NCBI GenBank assembly: GCA_014360565.1
Contig: JACIXH010000004.1
Coordinates: 14,429 to 78,428, forward strand
Direction of reading: 5' to 3'
Origin: Nocardia sp.
Lineage (GTDB): Bacteria > Actinomycetota > Actinomycetes > Mycobacteriales > Mycobacteriaceae
DNA length: 64,000 nucleotides
Both the position numbers and the translations under genes were made by a program. The notes beneath the pieces are model-generated. The model did not search any database, was not told the DNA's origin, and saw only the letters and a program-made list of their open reading frames with translations. This document shows positions 21,338-30,980 of this stretch, piece by piece (positions within the stretch are counted from its first letter, which is position 1; the number at the start of each line of letters is the position of its first letter).

Positions 21338-21645
21338 ATTCGATCAACTCTCCGGATACCCGGGACACCACGCGTCGCACGCCCGGTGTCCAGATGAGGC
21401 GGCATCGGGCGAATCATGGCCCGTCCGCAAGGAATCGACGATCCGGCATTGCGAACGACACATCGCATCAGTCCGTTGACTGATGGATGGTGGACCCACA
21501 ACGCCGCCCAGCCCGCGGGCCGGACGGCTACCTTCTGGACGCCTCCGGAGAATTCACCCGCTCACCTTATGTGAAACGGCACCGGGAAAGTCAACCGTTT
21601 TTCTCGACAGCCGACGGCGATCGTCGCGCCGGGGCAGGCCGCCGG

Positions 21646-22860
21646 TCAGCGTGCGGGACTGTCGAACCGGACGTGGACTTCGGAGGCGCCGCGCAATGCC
21701 GCCACGGCCGCCGCCTCCTCGCGCAGCAGCGCGCGAAGCCGCGAGCTCATCGGCTGGAACGGCGTGATGGTGAGTGTCAGTGTGGACCCGCTCTTGCGTG
21801 GGCGCCAGATGCCGGCAACGGCACCGTCCGCGAGCACCACACCCGGCGCACCGGCCGTCTTCCACACCGCGCGTCGATATTTCGGATCGACGATGGTGTC
21901 GCGATCCCTGGTCTGCGAGTAGGGGTCACCGGGTGGCAGCAGTCGCGCACCGTCCGCCTTGTGCGCCGACCGGAGCTCGTCCAGGTCCTCGGTGCGGATC
22001 CACCGGCGCCGCCCGTTGTGGTCGACCGGAGTGAGCTCGTTCGCCACCTTGTCCCACCACGGATCCACGTCACCGGCTCGCACACCGAGCCAGGCCGCGA
22101 ATTCGCCGCGAGACGACGGTCCGTAGCACCGCAGATAGCGGCGCAGCAGCGTGGCGCGATCGGCTGCGGGGTCGGTCTTGGGCAACGGGCCGTCGAGCCA
22201 TTCCTCGAGCAGAACGAACGGCGCCGTGTTGTCGGCACGGGGCGCGAGGCAGACGATGCCACGCAGTGTCAGGATCCGCAGGCAGAAGTGCACGACGGCC
22301 TCGCCCAGCGGCTGGTTCGCGCCGTACCGGCCCGGGGCCTCCCAGGCTGCGCGCTGGGTCGCGGTCAGTGTGTCCGCGATACGCGTGGCGAGTTCCGCGC
22401 CGAGGTCGCCGATCGCCAACGCGCGCTGCGACAACACCGAGCCGATGTGCGCGACGGTGCGATCCACCACCTCGTCCAGACCCATCCCGAGTGTGCCGTG
22501 AGCCGGACCGGCGCCGCCGATCAGGCGCAGCCGCGCCACCTCGGTCGCCGGCAGGACACCGGAGGTGAACACCGGGGCATCGGCCGTCGGGAAGAAGAAC
22601 GGCGAGCCGCGCATACACCAGGTCTGCAGCAACAACTTGTCCTGCGCGACAAGGTGATCGAGGTGCGCACCGGTCACGCCCTCGACCCGGGCCGCCAGCG
22701 CGAGCAGCGCCGAACCCGGTGGACTGTTCTGCACCGCGCAAACGCCGGCTACCTCGAGCAGATCGTCGATCGGTCGCTGCGCGAGCAGATTGTGCGAATG
22801 CAACCGGAACCCGATGACCTCAGCGTTTCCGACACTGACAGATTTTTCCCGAGCCGCCAT
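21646..22860 (-). CDS. winged-helix HTH_42 / AlkZ-YcaQ-like DNA glycosylase family protein
   Basis: AVQNSPPGSA, TWCMRGSP, RRYLRCYGP..FAAWLG, LLPPGDPY, DGAVAGIW. Confidence 0.8.
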   Translation of the reverse strand: MAAREKSVSVGNAEVIGFRLHSHNLLAQRPIDDLLEVAGVCAVQNSPPGSALLALAARVEGVTGAHLDHLVAQDKLLLQTWCMRGSPFFFPTADAPVFTSGVLPATEVARLRLIGGAGPAHGTLGMGLDEVVDRTVAHIGSVLSQRALAIGDLGAELATRIADTLTATQRAAWEAPGRYGANQPLGEAVVHFCLRILTLRGIVCLAPRADNTAPFVLLEEWLDGPLPKTDPAADRATLLRRYLRCYGPSSRGEFAAWLGVRAGDVDPWWDKVANELTPVDHNGRRRWIRTEDLDELRSAHKADGARLLPPGDPYSQTRDRDTIVDPKYRRAVWKTAGAPGVVLADGAVAGIWRPRKSGSTLTLTITPFQPMSSRLRALLREEAAAVAALRGASEVHVRFDSPAR

Positions 22861-22920
22861 GCTTCGCCTCCGATCGTCGCCGCGCACCAGATCGACCGAC
22901 CGTAACCGCCGCGTCGATCA

Positions 22921-23090
22921 CCTCAGCGGACCACGAGCCCCGTGTTCGTCTCTCAGCGGGCCGAACGGTCTCCGAGTCCACTGCCGCCCCGGCCGCGCCT
23001 CAGCACCACGAGCCCCGCGTCATCTGACCGCCAGCGGCCCGAACCCACCACGAGCCCCGTGCCTCCCGGCCACTTCAGCGGATCGAACGG
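22921..23090. repeat. degenerate short direct repeats
   Basis: ACCACGAGCCCCG at 22930, 23005 and 23047; CAGCGGnnCGAAC at about 22954, 23032 and 23076. Confidence 0.7.
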
Positions 23091-24124
23091 ACGACGTGCT
23101 GGGTGTCGTCCACGGCCGCGGTCACAGCTTCGGCGAGCAGCTCGTCGAGGTGATAGGGATAGACGGCCTCGCCCGCGGCGTCGAGGCTGCGGATGTCGTC
23201 GGCGGTGCACCACCGGTGGTCGGTGATCGTGCGGCGTTCCAGGGCGGACAGGTCGGCCGGGCGCCATTCGAAACCCGGCGAGCGCAGGGTGAAGAACAGC
23301 TCTTCGGAGCGGATGAGCTCGCCGTTGAACGGGAACACCGCGACGCGACGCCACAGCGGACCACGCAGCGAGGCCGGATCGACACGCTGGCCGGTCTCCT
23401 CGTAGACCTCGCGGATCGCGGCGTCGCGCAGGTTCTCCCCTGGTTCGACGCCGCCGCCGACGGTGAACCAGAAGGCCACCTCGGGAATCATCGGATCGTG
23501 ACCGCGCAGCAGCAGCACGCGGTCCTGTTCGTCGAGCAGGATCACTCGCGCGGAGGTGCGGGTGGTGTGGACGACGAGGCCGGTCGCGGCAGCGGGCGTC
23601 GCGCGCTCGGTGATCTCGAAATAGTGCGGCAGCGGCGCGGTGCCGCCGAGGTGCAGGATCCGCACCGGCCTGCGGGTACGCAGGGCGAGGGTGTCGCGCA
23701 CGGCGTCGTTGTGGAAGCGGCGCGCGATGAGCACCCGCGCCTCCGCGTCGGCGAGTTCGGCGACCAGCTGCGGTCGCAAGTGTTCGATGTCGACGAGCGA
23801 CAGCGCCGCGGAGAGCTGATTCTCGATCGTTTCCCGGTCACTGCGGTCGGCACGTTCGGCGCGATCGGCCAGCGCGGCGAGCTGCGTGGCGCGTTCGGCC
23901 CGGCGCGGATCGGTGCTGACCGGCCCGGCCTCCGACATCGCCACGGCGCGGGCGACCACGGCACGACGAGCGAGTGCGGCGTCGAGCGCTTGCCAGGACT
24001 GATCCGAGCGCACGTGCAGCCGGTCGAGCCGGTTCGCGGTCGAGTAGGCCCACACGCCGAGGGCCAGGACCAGCACGGCGATCAGCCCGAGAACGAGGAC
24101 GGTGGTGGCGGAGAAGGTGATCAT
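23075..24124 (-). CDS. membrane-anchored NUDIX hydrolase (Rv2609c-like)
   Basis: N-terminal TM, ANRLDRLHVR, Nudix box GGGVEPGENLRDAAIREVYEETG. Confidence 0.88.
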   Translation of the reverse strand: MITFSATTVLVLGLIAVLVLALGVWAYSTANRLDRLHVRSDQSWQALDAALARRAVVARAVAMSEAGPVSTDPRRAERATQLAALADRAERADRSDRETIENQLSAALSLVDIEHLRPQLVAELADAEARVLIARRFHNDAVRDTLALRTRRPVRILHLGGTAPLPHYFEITERATPAAATGLVVHTTRTSARVILLDEQDRVLLLRGHDPMIPEVAFWFTVGGGVEPGENLRDAAIREVYEETGQRVDPASLRGPLWRRVAVFPFNGELIRSEELFFTLRSPGFEWRPADLSALERRTITDHRWCTADDIRSLDAAGEAVYPYHLDELLAEAVTAAVDDTQHVVRSIR

Positions 24125-25245
24125 CCGGCGGCCCGCACCCGGTGGTCACCGATGGTGACGGTCTCGTACACCCGCAGGATCTGTTCGGCCACGACCGGCC
24201 AGTCGTAGCCCGCGACCACCTGGGTGGCGGTGCTCACCAGAGCTCGGCGCACGTCGTCGTCGGTCAGCAGCGTGTCGATCGCGGTGGCCAGCGCGGCGGA
24301 GTCGCCGATCGGGGTGAGCATGCCCGCTGTGCCGTCGCGCAGCACGCGGCGGAACGCGTCGAGCTCGCTCGCGACCACCGCGGTGCCTGCCGCCATCGCC
24401 TCGATCAAGATGATGCCGAAGCTCTCGCCACCCAGATTCGGCGCGACATACACATCGGCACTGCGTAGGGCAGCGGCCTTCTCCTCGTCGGAGACCTGTC
24501 CGAGAAAGCGCAGATGCCCCGCGTGCTCCCCCGCTTCCCGACGCAGCCGTTCTTCGTCACCGCGCCCGACGATGAGGATCTCCACGTCGGGGTGATGCAC
24601 GGTGAGTGCGGGCAGCGCGCCGAGCAGCACGTCCATGCCCTTGCGTGGTTCGTCGTAGCGACCCAGGAACAGCACGGTGCGGCCGGGGCGCGGATATCCG
24701 TCGAGCGGCTCACCGCGCGCGAACGCCGACACATCGACGCCGTTGGGGATCTCCACCGCGTCAGAGCCCAGCGCCTCCACCTGCCAGCGCCTGGCCAGCT
24801 CGGACACGGCGATCCGCCCGCTGATCTTCTCGTGATACGGGCGAAGCACACCCTGAAAAGTACTGAGTACCAACGACTTCGTGGTCGAGGTGTGGAAGGT
24901 GGCGACGATCGGGCCCTCGGCGATCTTGAGCGCCAGCATCGACAGGCTCGGGGCGTTGGGTTCGTGGATGTGCAGCACGTCGAAGTCGTTGCTGTCGATC
25001 CAGCGCCGGATCCTGGTGTAGGCCATCGGTCCGAACGACAACCGCGCCACCGAGCCGTTGTAGGGAATCGCCACCGCGCGACCCGCCGAGACGACGAAGT
25101 CGGGCAGCGGGGTGTCGTCGGAGGCTGGCGCGAGCACGCTCACCTTGTGTCCGCGCTCGATGAACACCCGGGCGAGTTCGACCACATGCGCCTGCACGCC
25201 GCCCGGAACATCGAACGAATACGGGCAGATCATGCCGATCTTCAC
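24121..25245 (-). CDS. pimA: phosphatidyl-myo-inositol mannosyltransferase
   Basis: KIGMICPYSFDVPGGVQAH, RYDEPRKG, GESFGIILIEAMA; operon context. Confidence 0.93.
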   Translation of the reverse strand: MKIGMICPYSFDVPGGVQAHVVELARVFIERGHKVSVLAPASDDTPLPDFVVSAGRAVAIPYNGSVARLSFGPMAYTRIRRWIDSNDFDVLHIHEPNAPSLSMLALKIAEGPIVATFHTSTTKSLVLSTFQGVLRPYHEKISGRIAVSELARRWQVEALGSDAVEIPNGVDVSAFARGEPLDGYPRPGRTVLFLGRYDEPRKGMDVLLGALPALTVHHPDVEILIVGRGDEERLRREAGEHAGHLRFLGQVSDEEKAAALRSADVYVAPNLGGESFGIILIEAMAAGTAVVASELDAFRRVLRDGTAGMLTPIGDSAALATAIDTLLTDDDVRRALVSTATQVVAGYDWPVVAEQILRVYETVTIGDHRVRAAG

Positions 25246-26165
25246 GCCGAGCCGCCCGTCTGCTGCGCGTTGATCCGCGCCAGTCGTTCGGGCGACAGGT
25301 CGCTCTCCCACATCGGCTGCAGCATGTGCCAATCGGCCGGGTGCTCGGCGATATTGGCGGCGAACCGGTCGGCCAGCAACTGCGTGGCCGCCTCGATCCC
25401 GCCGGAGACATCCAGTGCCGGTTCGGCTTTCAGCCCCCAGCCTTCGGTGCCGTCTTCGTCGACGGTGAACCAGCCGTGCACCGGCACCAGCGCCGCACCG
25501 GTCTCGATCGCCAATTTGGCGGGGCCTGCGGGCATCCACGTGCGTTCACCGAGGAAGTCGACAGCCACGCCCTTTCCGGTGAGGTCGCGTTCGCCCAGCA
25601 GGCACACGATCCGGTTGCGTCGCAGGCGTTCGGTGAGCGCGGCGAACGGCGGCTGCTCACCACCGGTCAGCGGGAAGACCTCGAAACCGAGGCTCTCGCG
25701 ATAGGCGACGAACCGCTCGAACAGCGATTCGGGTTTCAGTCGTTCCTGAACGGTGGTGAAGTTGTCATAGTGCTGCACCAGCCAGACACCCGCCATGTCC
25801 CAGTTGCCCGAATGCGGGAGCACCAGGATGAGTCCACGACCTGCTTCCAGCGCGGCGTCGACATTCTCCAGACCGCCGACGTAGTAGTCGATCTCGGTGT
25901 GGTCCATCGACGGCAGCCGGAACGCTTCGCGCCAGTAGCGGGCATAGGAGCGCATGCTCGCGCGCATCAGGTCCTCGGGCACCTGATCGGCGGGCACACC
26001 GAGGACACGAGAAAGGTTGCGGCGCAACTGTTGCGGCCCACCGTCTTTCACCGCACGATCGGCACCGAGGTTGAAGAGCTTGCGCGCCAAACCCTCCGGC
26101 GCCGAACGCACCAGACGCCAGCCCGCGGCATATGCCCAGTCGCTCAGCTGAACTGTGAGACTCAT
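25242..26165 (-). CDS. patA: phosphatidylinositol mannoside acyltransferase
   Basis: YWREAFRLP, PHSGNWD, HPADWHMLQP; lies between pgsA and pimA. Confidence 0.9.
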   Translation of the reverse strand: MSLTVQLSDWAYAAGWRLVRSAPEGLARKLFNLGADRAVKDGGPQQLRRNLSRVLGVPADQVPEDLMRASMRSYARYWREAFRLPSMDHTEIDYYVGGLENVDAALEAGRGLILVLPHSGNWDMAGVWLVQHYDNFTTVQERLKPESLFERFVAYRESLGFEVFPLTGGEQPPFAALTERLRRNRIVCLLGERDLTGKGVAVDFLGERTWMPAGPAKLAIETGAALVPVHGWFTVDEDGTEGWGLKAEPALDVSGGIEAATQLLADRFAANIAEHPADWHMLQPMWESDLSPERLARINAQQTGGSA

Positions 26166-26824
26166 GGTGCCTCCTGCTGCGGTGCGGGCGGGATGACAAC
26201 CCGCGCACCCGGGGAATTACGCACCGCGAGCACCCGCTGGAACACCGTCACCACACTCAGCACCGCCAGCACCCACATCGCCACGTACACGGCCCAGGTG
26301 AGCCAGTCGATCCCCCAGTGCCCGGCGATACCGGTGAGCCCGGCGCCGACCAGCACGATGACCAGGCGATCCGGACGTTCGATGAGCCCGCCGTCGGCGG
26401 ACAGACCGCTCGCCTCGGCCCGCGCCTTGGCGTAGGAGATCACCTGCGAGGTGACCAGCACGATCAACGTCACCGCGAACAGTTGCTTGCTGTGCTCGTG
26501 ATAGACCGCCCACCAGGCGAGCCCGCCGAAGATCGCGCCGTCGGCCACCCGGTCACAGGTGGCGTCGAGGACCGCGCCGTACTTCGTACCGCCGCCGCGA
26601 GCGCGCGCCATCGCACCGTCGAGCATGTCGAACATGACGAACAGCCAGATCACGATCGTTCCCCAGAACAGGTGTCCCGAAGGGAACAGGGTCACCGCGG
26701 CGGCGATCGTCGCCGTGGTGCCGATCAGTGTCATCGCGTCCGGGGTGAGCCCCGTCCCGACGAGCGCTTTGCCCAGCGGCGCAGTCGCTTTCGCAAACGT
26801 CTGGCGGCCGAAGAAGCTGAGCAC
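26162..26824 (-). CDS. pgsA: phosphatidylinositol phosphate synthase (CDP-alcohol phosphotransferase)
   Basis: DMLDGAMAR...GAVLDATCDRVAD motif. Confidence 0.92.
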   Translation of the reverse strand: MLSFFGRQTFAKATAPLGKALVGTGLTPDAMTLIGTTATIAAAVTLFPSGHLFWGTIVIWLFVMFDMLDGAMARARGGGTKYGAVLDATCDRVADGAIFGGLAWWAVYHEHSKQLFAVTLIVLVTSQVISYAKARAEASGLSADGGLIERPDRLVIVLVGAGLTGIAGHWGIDWLTWAVYVAMWVLAVLSVVTVFQRVLAVRNSPGARVVIPPAPQQEAP

Positions 26825-26904
26825 GGTCTTTATTCCTCCTGCGACCTGCGGGACACCCGCACCCGATCGGCTGCGATGCATGTGACTTCGCGATGATCAC
26901 ACAT

Positions 26905-27459
26905 CTACGCCTCCCATGCCTGCGCCAGCAGCTGCCGCGTTTCGCGCAACAACTGAGGCATCACCTTCACCCCGCCGACCACGGTGATGAAGTTCGCGTC
27001 CCCGCCCCAGCGCGGAACGATGTGCTGGTGCAGGTGGTCGGCGAGCGAACCACCGGCCACTCCGCCGAGATTGAGACCCACGTTGAATCCGGCAGGCCGG
27101 GAGACCTGCTTCATCACGCGAATGGCCCGCTGCGTGAAGGCCATCAGTTCCGCGCTCTCGGCGGGCGTGAGGTCCTCCAGGTCGGCTACCCGGCGGTACG
27201 GCACCACCATCATGTGCCCTGGGTTGTACGGGTACAAGTTGAGCACCGCATAGACGTTCTCGCCGCGGGCGATGATCAGGCCGTCCTCGTCCGACATCTT
27301 CGGGATATCGGTGAACGGGTGCCCGGTCGCGTCCTTGGGCTTCACCTCACCGGTGATGTAGGACATCCGGTACGGCGTCCACAACCGCTGCAGGCGATCG
27401 GGCTGCCCCGCCCCGGCGTCGACGATCGCGCCGGCATCGGGGGCGAGGTTCTCGTTCAT
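26905..27459 (-). CDS. HIT family protein (Rv2613c-like Ap4A phosphorylase)
   Basis: [20 protein letters not shown]. Confidence 0.9.
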   Translation of the reverse strand: MNENLAPDAGAIVDAGAGQPDRLQRLWTPYRMSYITGEVKPKDATGHPFTDIPKMSDEDGLIIARGENVYAVLNLYPYNPGHMMVVPYRRVADLEDLTPAESAELMAFTQRAIRVMKQVSRPAGFNVGLNLGGVAGGSLADHLHQHIVPRWGGDANFITVVGGVKVMPQLLRETRQLLAQAWEA

Positions 27460-29519
27460 GCCCGACCCGCCGCGGAGACGACCTCGAACCCGTCGGCGGT
27501 GGGCGAGGCGTTCTCGCGGTGGGCGACCCAGGACTTGATGGTGGCGACCGCGTCGGCGACGGGAACACCGTTGACCTGGGTGCCGTCGCGGAACCGGAAG
27601 CTCACCGCGTTCGCCTCCACATCGCGCGCACCTGCCAGCAGCATGAACGGCACCTTCTGCGCGGTCTGGTTGAAGATCTTCTTCTGCATCCGGTCGTCGC
27701 TGCGGTCCACCTGGGCTCGAACGCCTGCGTCACGCAACTGCTCGATCACCGAATCCAGATGGGGGACAAAGTTTTCCGCGACCGGGATGCCGACGACCTG
27801 GACCGGAGACAGCCAGGCGGGGAACGCACCGGCGTAGTGCTCGGTGAGCACGCCGAAGAAGCGTTCGATCGAGCCGAACAGAGCGCGGTGGATCATCACC
27901 GGACGCTGCTTGGTGCCGTCGGAGGAGGTGTACTCGAGGTCGAATCGATCGGGCAGGTTGAAGTCGAGCTGCACGGTCGACATCTGCCAGGTGCGCCCCA
28001 GCGCGTCCTTGACCTGCACGGAGATCTTCGGGCCGTAGAACGCGGCGCCGCCGGGATCGGGCACCAGGTCCAGGCCGGAAGCCCCGGCGACCTTCTCGAG
28101 GGTCTCGGTGGCCTCGGCCCAGAGTTCGTCCGAGCCCACGTACTTCTTCGGGTCCTTGGTGGACAGCTCGAGGTAGAAGTCGTCGAGGCCGTAGTCCTTC
28201 AGCAGGCCGAGGACGAACTGCAGGGTGCTGGTGAGTTCGGCATGCATCTGCTCTTTGGTGCAGTAGATGTGCGCGTCGTCCTGGGTCATGCCACGCACGC
28301 GGGTCAGGCCGTGCACCACGCCAGACTTCTCGTAGCGGTACACCGAGCCGAACTCGAACATCCGCAGCGGCAGTTCACGGTAGGAGCGGCCGCGCGCCCG
28401 GAAGATCAGGTTGTGCATCGGGCAGTTCATCGGCTTGACGTAGTAGTCCTGGCCGGGCTTGCGCACGGTGCCGTCGTCGTTGAGCTCGGCATCGAGGTGC
28501 ATGGCCGGGAACATGCCGTCGCGGTACCAGTCCAGGTGCCCGGAGGTCTCGAACAGCGCGCCCTTGGTGATGTGCGGAGTGTTGACGAACTCGTAGCCCG
28601 CGTCGATGTGGCGCTGACGCGAGTACTCCTCCATCTCCTTACGGATGATGCCGCCCTTGGGGTGGAACACCGGCAGGCCCGAACCGAGCTCGTCGGGGAA
28701 GGAGAACAGGTCGAGCTCGAGACCCAGCTTGCGGTGGTCGCGGCGCTCGGCCTCGGCCAGCAGCTCCAGGTAGGCCTCCATCGCCTCGGTCGATTCCCAG
28801 GCGGTGCCGTACATGCGCTGCAGATCCTCGCGGTCCTGGTCACCGCGCCAGTAGGCGGCCGAGGAACGGGTGAGCTTGAAGGCCGGGATGAATTTGGTGG
28901 TGGGGATGTGCGGGCCGCGACACAGGTCGCCCCACAGTTTTTCGCCAGTGCGCGGGTCGAGGTTGTCGTAGATGGTCAGCTCGTTGCCGCCGACCTCCAT
29001 GATCTCGGGGTCGTCGATACCGGACTTGTCGCTGATCAGCTCCAGCTTGAACGGCTCCTTCGCCAGTTCCACCCGGGCTTCCTCCACCTCGACGACGCGA
29101 CGCGAAAAGCGTTGCGCGCCTTTGACGATCTTCTTCATCCGCGATTCCAGCTTGGCCAGATCCTCGGGGGTGAAGGGCTTGTCGACCCGGAAGTCGTAGT
29201 AGAAGCCGTCCTTGATCGGCGGGCCGATGCCGAGTTTCGCGTCCGGGAACTCCTGCTGCACCGCCTGTGCCAGCACGTGCGCGGCGGAATGGCGGATCAC
29301 GCTGCGGCCGTCCTCGGTGTTGGCGGCGACCGGCTCCACGTCGGCGTCCGCCTCTGGGATCCAGGACAGATCCTTGAGGGCGCCGTCGGCGTCGCGCACG
29401 ACGACGATCGTGTCGGGCCCCTTCGTGGGCAAGCCCGCCTCCCGTACCGCTGCGCCCGCGGTAGTCCCGGCCGCCACCCGAACGAGGCCGACTGGACTGA
29501 TGGGTGCAGAGGTGGTCAC
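27456..29519 (-). CDS. thrS: threonine-tRNA ligase
   Basis: [42 protein letters not shown]. Confidence 0.97.
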   Translation of the reverse strand: MTTSAPISPVGLVRVAAGTTAGAAVREAGLPTKGPDTIVVVRDADGALKDLSWIPEADADVEPVAANTEDGRSVIRHSAAHVLAQAVQQEFPDAKLGIGPPIKDGFYYDFRVDKPFTPEDLAKLESRMKKIVKGAQRFSRRVVEVEEARVELAKEPFKLELISDKSGIDDPEIMEVGGNELTIYDNLDPRTGEKLWGDLCRGPHIPTTKFIPAFKLTRSSAAYWRGDQDREDLQRMYGTAWESTEAMEAYLELLAEAERRDHRKLGLELDLFSFPDELGSGLPVFHPKGGIIRKEMEEYSRQRHIDAGYEFVNTPHITKGALFETSGHLDWYRDGMFPAMHLDAELNDDGTVRKPGQDYYVKPMNCPMHNLIFRARGRSYRELPLRMFEFGSVYRYEKSGVVHGLTRVRGMTQDDAHIYCTKEQMHAELTSTLQFVLGLLKDYGLDDFYLELSTKDPKKYVGSDELWAEATETLEKVAGASGLDLVPDPGGAAFYGPKISVQVKDALGRTWQMSTVQLDFNLPDRFDLEYTSSDGTKQRPVMIHRALFGSIERFFGVLTEHYAGAFPAWLSPVQVVGIPVAENFVPHLDSVIEQLRDAGVRAQVDRSDDRMQKKIFNQTAQKVPFMLLAGARDVEANAVSFRFRDGTQVNGVPVADAVATIKSWVAHRENASPTADGFEVVSAAGRA

Positions 29520-29776
29520 GGGAATGTTCTCCTTTTGTCCGGGTCCGTCCGGGCTTTCGGCGCAGGGTTCGTCCCGCACCGCAGATCCGCGCAGGGTCTG
29601 TCCTGCGTCGCCCATGCTATCGGGAGCGCCGACAAGCCGTGTCGATGGACCTAGGACCGCATGTCGAGTATCAGCGCAGACCGCGGTCGGCCATGACCGA
29701 GCCGAGGGTCGAGGACGAGCTCTCGGTTCGGGCGCGCGTCGGTACCCGCGACGACCCGACGACGGCGACCGCTGCG

Positions 29777-30448
29777 TCAGTGCAGCGAGCGCGCGGCGGC
29801 GGCCAGGAGTTCAGCGCGGTCGGCGGGCGCGCGTTTCGGGCAGCTCGTGCACATCTGCCGGCCGGGCGCCTCGAAGACCAGGCAACACGAGACGCGCCGG
29901 ACGAAGGTGCGGCCTCCCACGGTGACGAAGCGCGGTACGGGCAAGCGCGAGCCGACATCGGCCGCCAACCGGGTCGCTGCCTCCGCAGACCCCGCGTCCA
30001 GCGCCCGATTACCGATGGCGTCGGCCGCCACCGCCCACAGCGCGGGAATTCCGGCCCCGGATACGGCCGCGACCTGAGTGATCACCACGGTCAACGTCGC
30101 GCGCAAGGCGCTCGCGACTTCCTCGGCCGCCGCCGCACCGGTCTCGCCGCCCACGTCCGAGCGCACGGAACGTCCGTTGGCATCGACCGGAACCCGGCGG
30201 AACCGCATCTGCTCGACGCCACCGTCCGGGCGGACCACGCAGTCGAAGTCGTCGAGCGCGGCCACCGGAGCCGGGGTGCCCGCGGCGTAGGCGACGGCGA
30301 TCTGCTCGACCAGCGTCGAGGCGACCATGCACCACCACAGGGTGCCCGCGACCCGGGGCACGTCGGTGTCCCAGGTACGGCTCATCGCATCGATCTTGGC
30401 GGCGACCCACGACGGGTCGGTGAGGAGGCGGCCGGGAGACGTGCTCAC
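29777..30448 (-). CDS. FhuF-like 2Fe-2S ferric siderophore reductase domain protein
   Basis: C-terminal [21 protein letters not shown]; GTGA overlap with the upstream gene. Confidence 0.8.
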   Translation of the reverse strand: MSTSPGRLLTDPSWVAAKIDAMSRTWDTDVPRVAGTLWWCMVASTLVEQIAVAYAAGTPAPVAALDDFDCVVRPDGGVEQMRFRRVPVDANGRSVRSDVGGETGAAAAEEVASALRATLTVVITQVAAVSGAGIPALWAVAADAIGNRALDAGSAEAATRLAADVGSRLPVPRFVTVGGRTFVRRVSCCLVFEAPGRQMCTSCPKRAPADRAELLAAAARSLH

Positions 30449-30936
30449 GACATCAGGGGACTGCGCAACCATGGCCAATCGACTCCGATCCACCCTGCGA
30501 CCATCGAAAATGTACCGAGCAGCCACAACGTCACCAGGACGAGGGCGAAGGTGCCCACCGCGCCGAGCACCTTGATGAACCAGCCGCGCGAGGTGTACCA
30601 GTCCATGACGATCCGGTACTTGCCGCGCACCCAGTTCAAGGTGTGATGGGCCCAGACGAACTCGGTGGCCAGGATCCCGAATCCCGCGAACACCAGCGCC
30701 CAGCCGGGTCCGGGGTACGGGATCGTGACGATCCCGATGATCAGTACCAAACCACCGACCACGCCGACGACGATGCGGTAGCCGAGGTTGAGGGTAGGGC
30801 GCTGCGCGATGTGTCCGCGGAAGGCGCGCCCACGGTGCTTGAACCCATCCCATCGGCCCGCTCCGGCCGGTGGAGTTCGGTCCGCGGCGTCGGCGCCCTC
30901 GGTGACGTGCTCGGCGGCGGTCGGATCGCTGGTCAT
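30445..30936 (-). CDS. TIGR02611/PGPGW family membrane protein
   Basis: IPYPGPGW..LATEFVWA. Confidence 0.85.
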   Translation of the reverse strand: MTSDPTAAEHVTEGADAADRTPPAGAGRWDGFKHRGRAFRGHIAQRPTLNLGYRIVVGVVGGLVLIIGIVTIPYPGPGWALVFAGFGILATEFVWAHHTLNWVRGKYRIVMDWYTSRGWFIKVLGAVGTFALVLVTLWLLGTFSMVAGWIGVDWPWLRSPLMS

Positions 30937-30980
30937 GGTTTCCAGCCTACGAGTCCGGCCCCCGCCGAGTCGCGTCATCG

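Noticed and set aside
26881-26901. Second CRP site (TGTGA...TCACA) upstream of pgsA
   Set aside because: Spacer is 11 bp, not 6
27519-29654. 711-aa + strand ORF and similar long antisense ORFs (e.g. 4611-6632, 8751-10400, 49192-51417, 52759-54648, 61820-63088)
   Set aside because: Shadow frames opposite well-supported genes, as expected in high-GC DNA; no motifs
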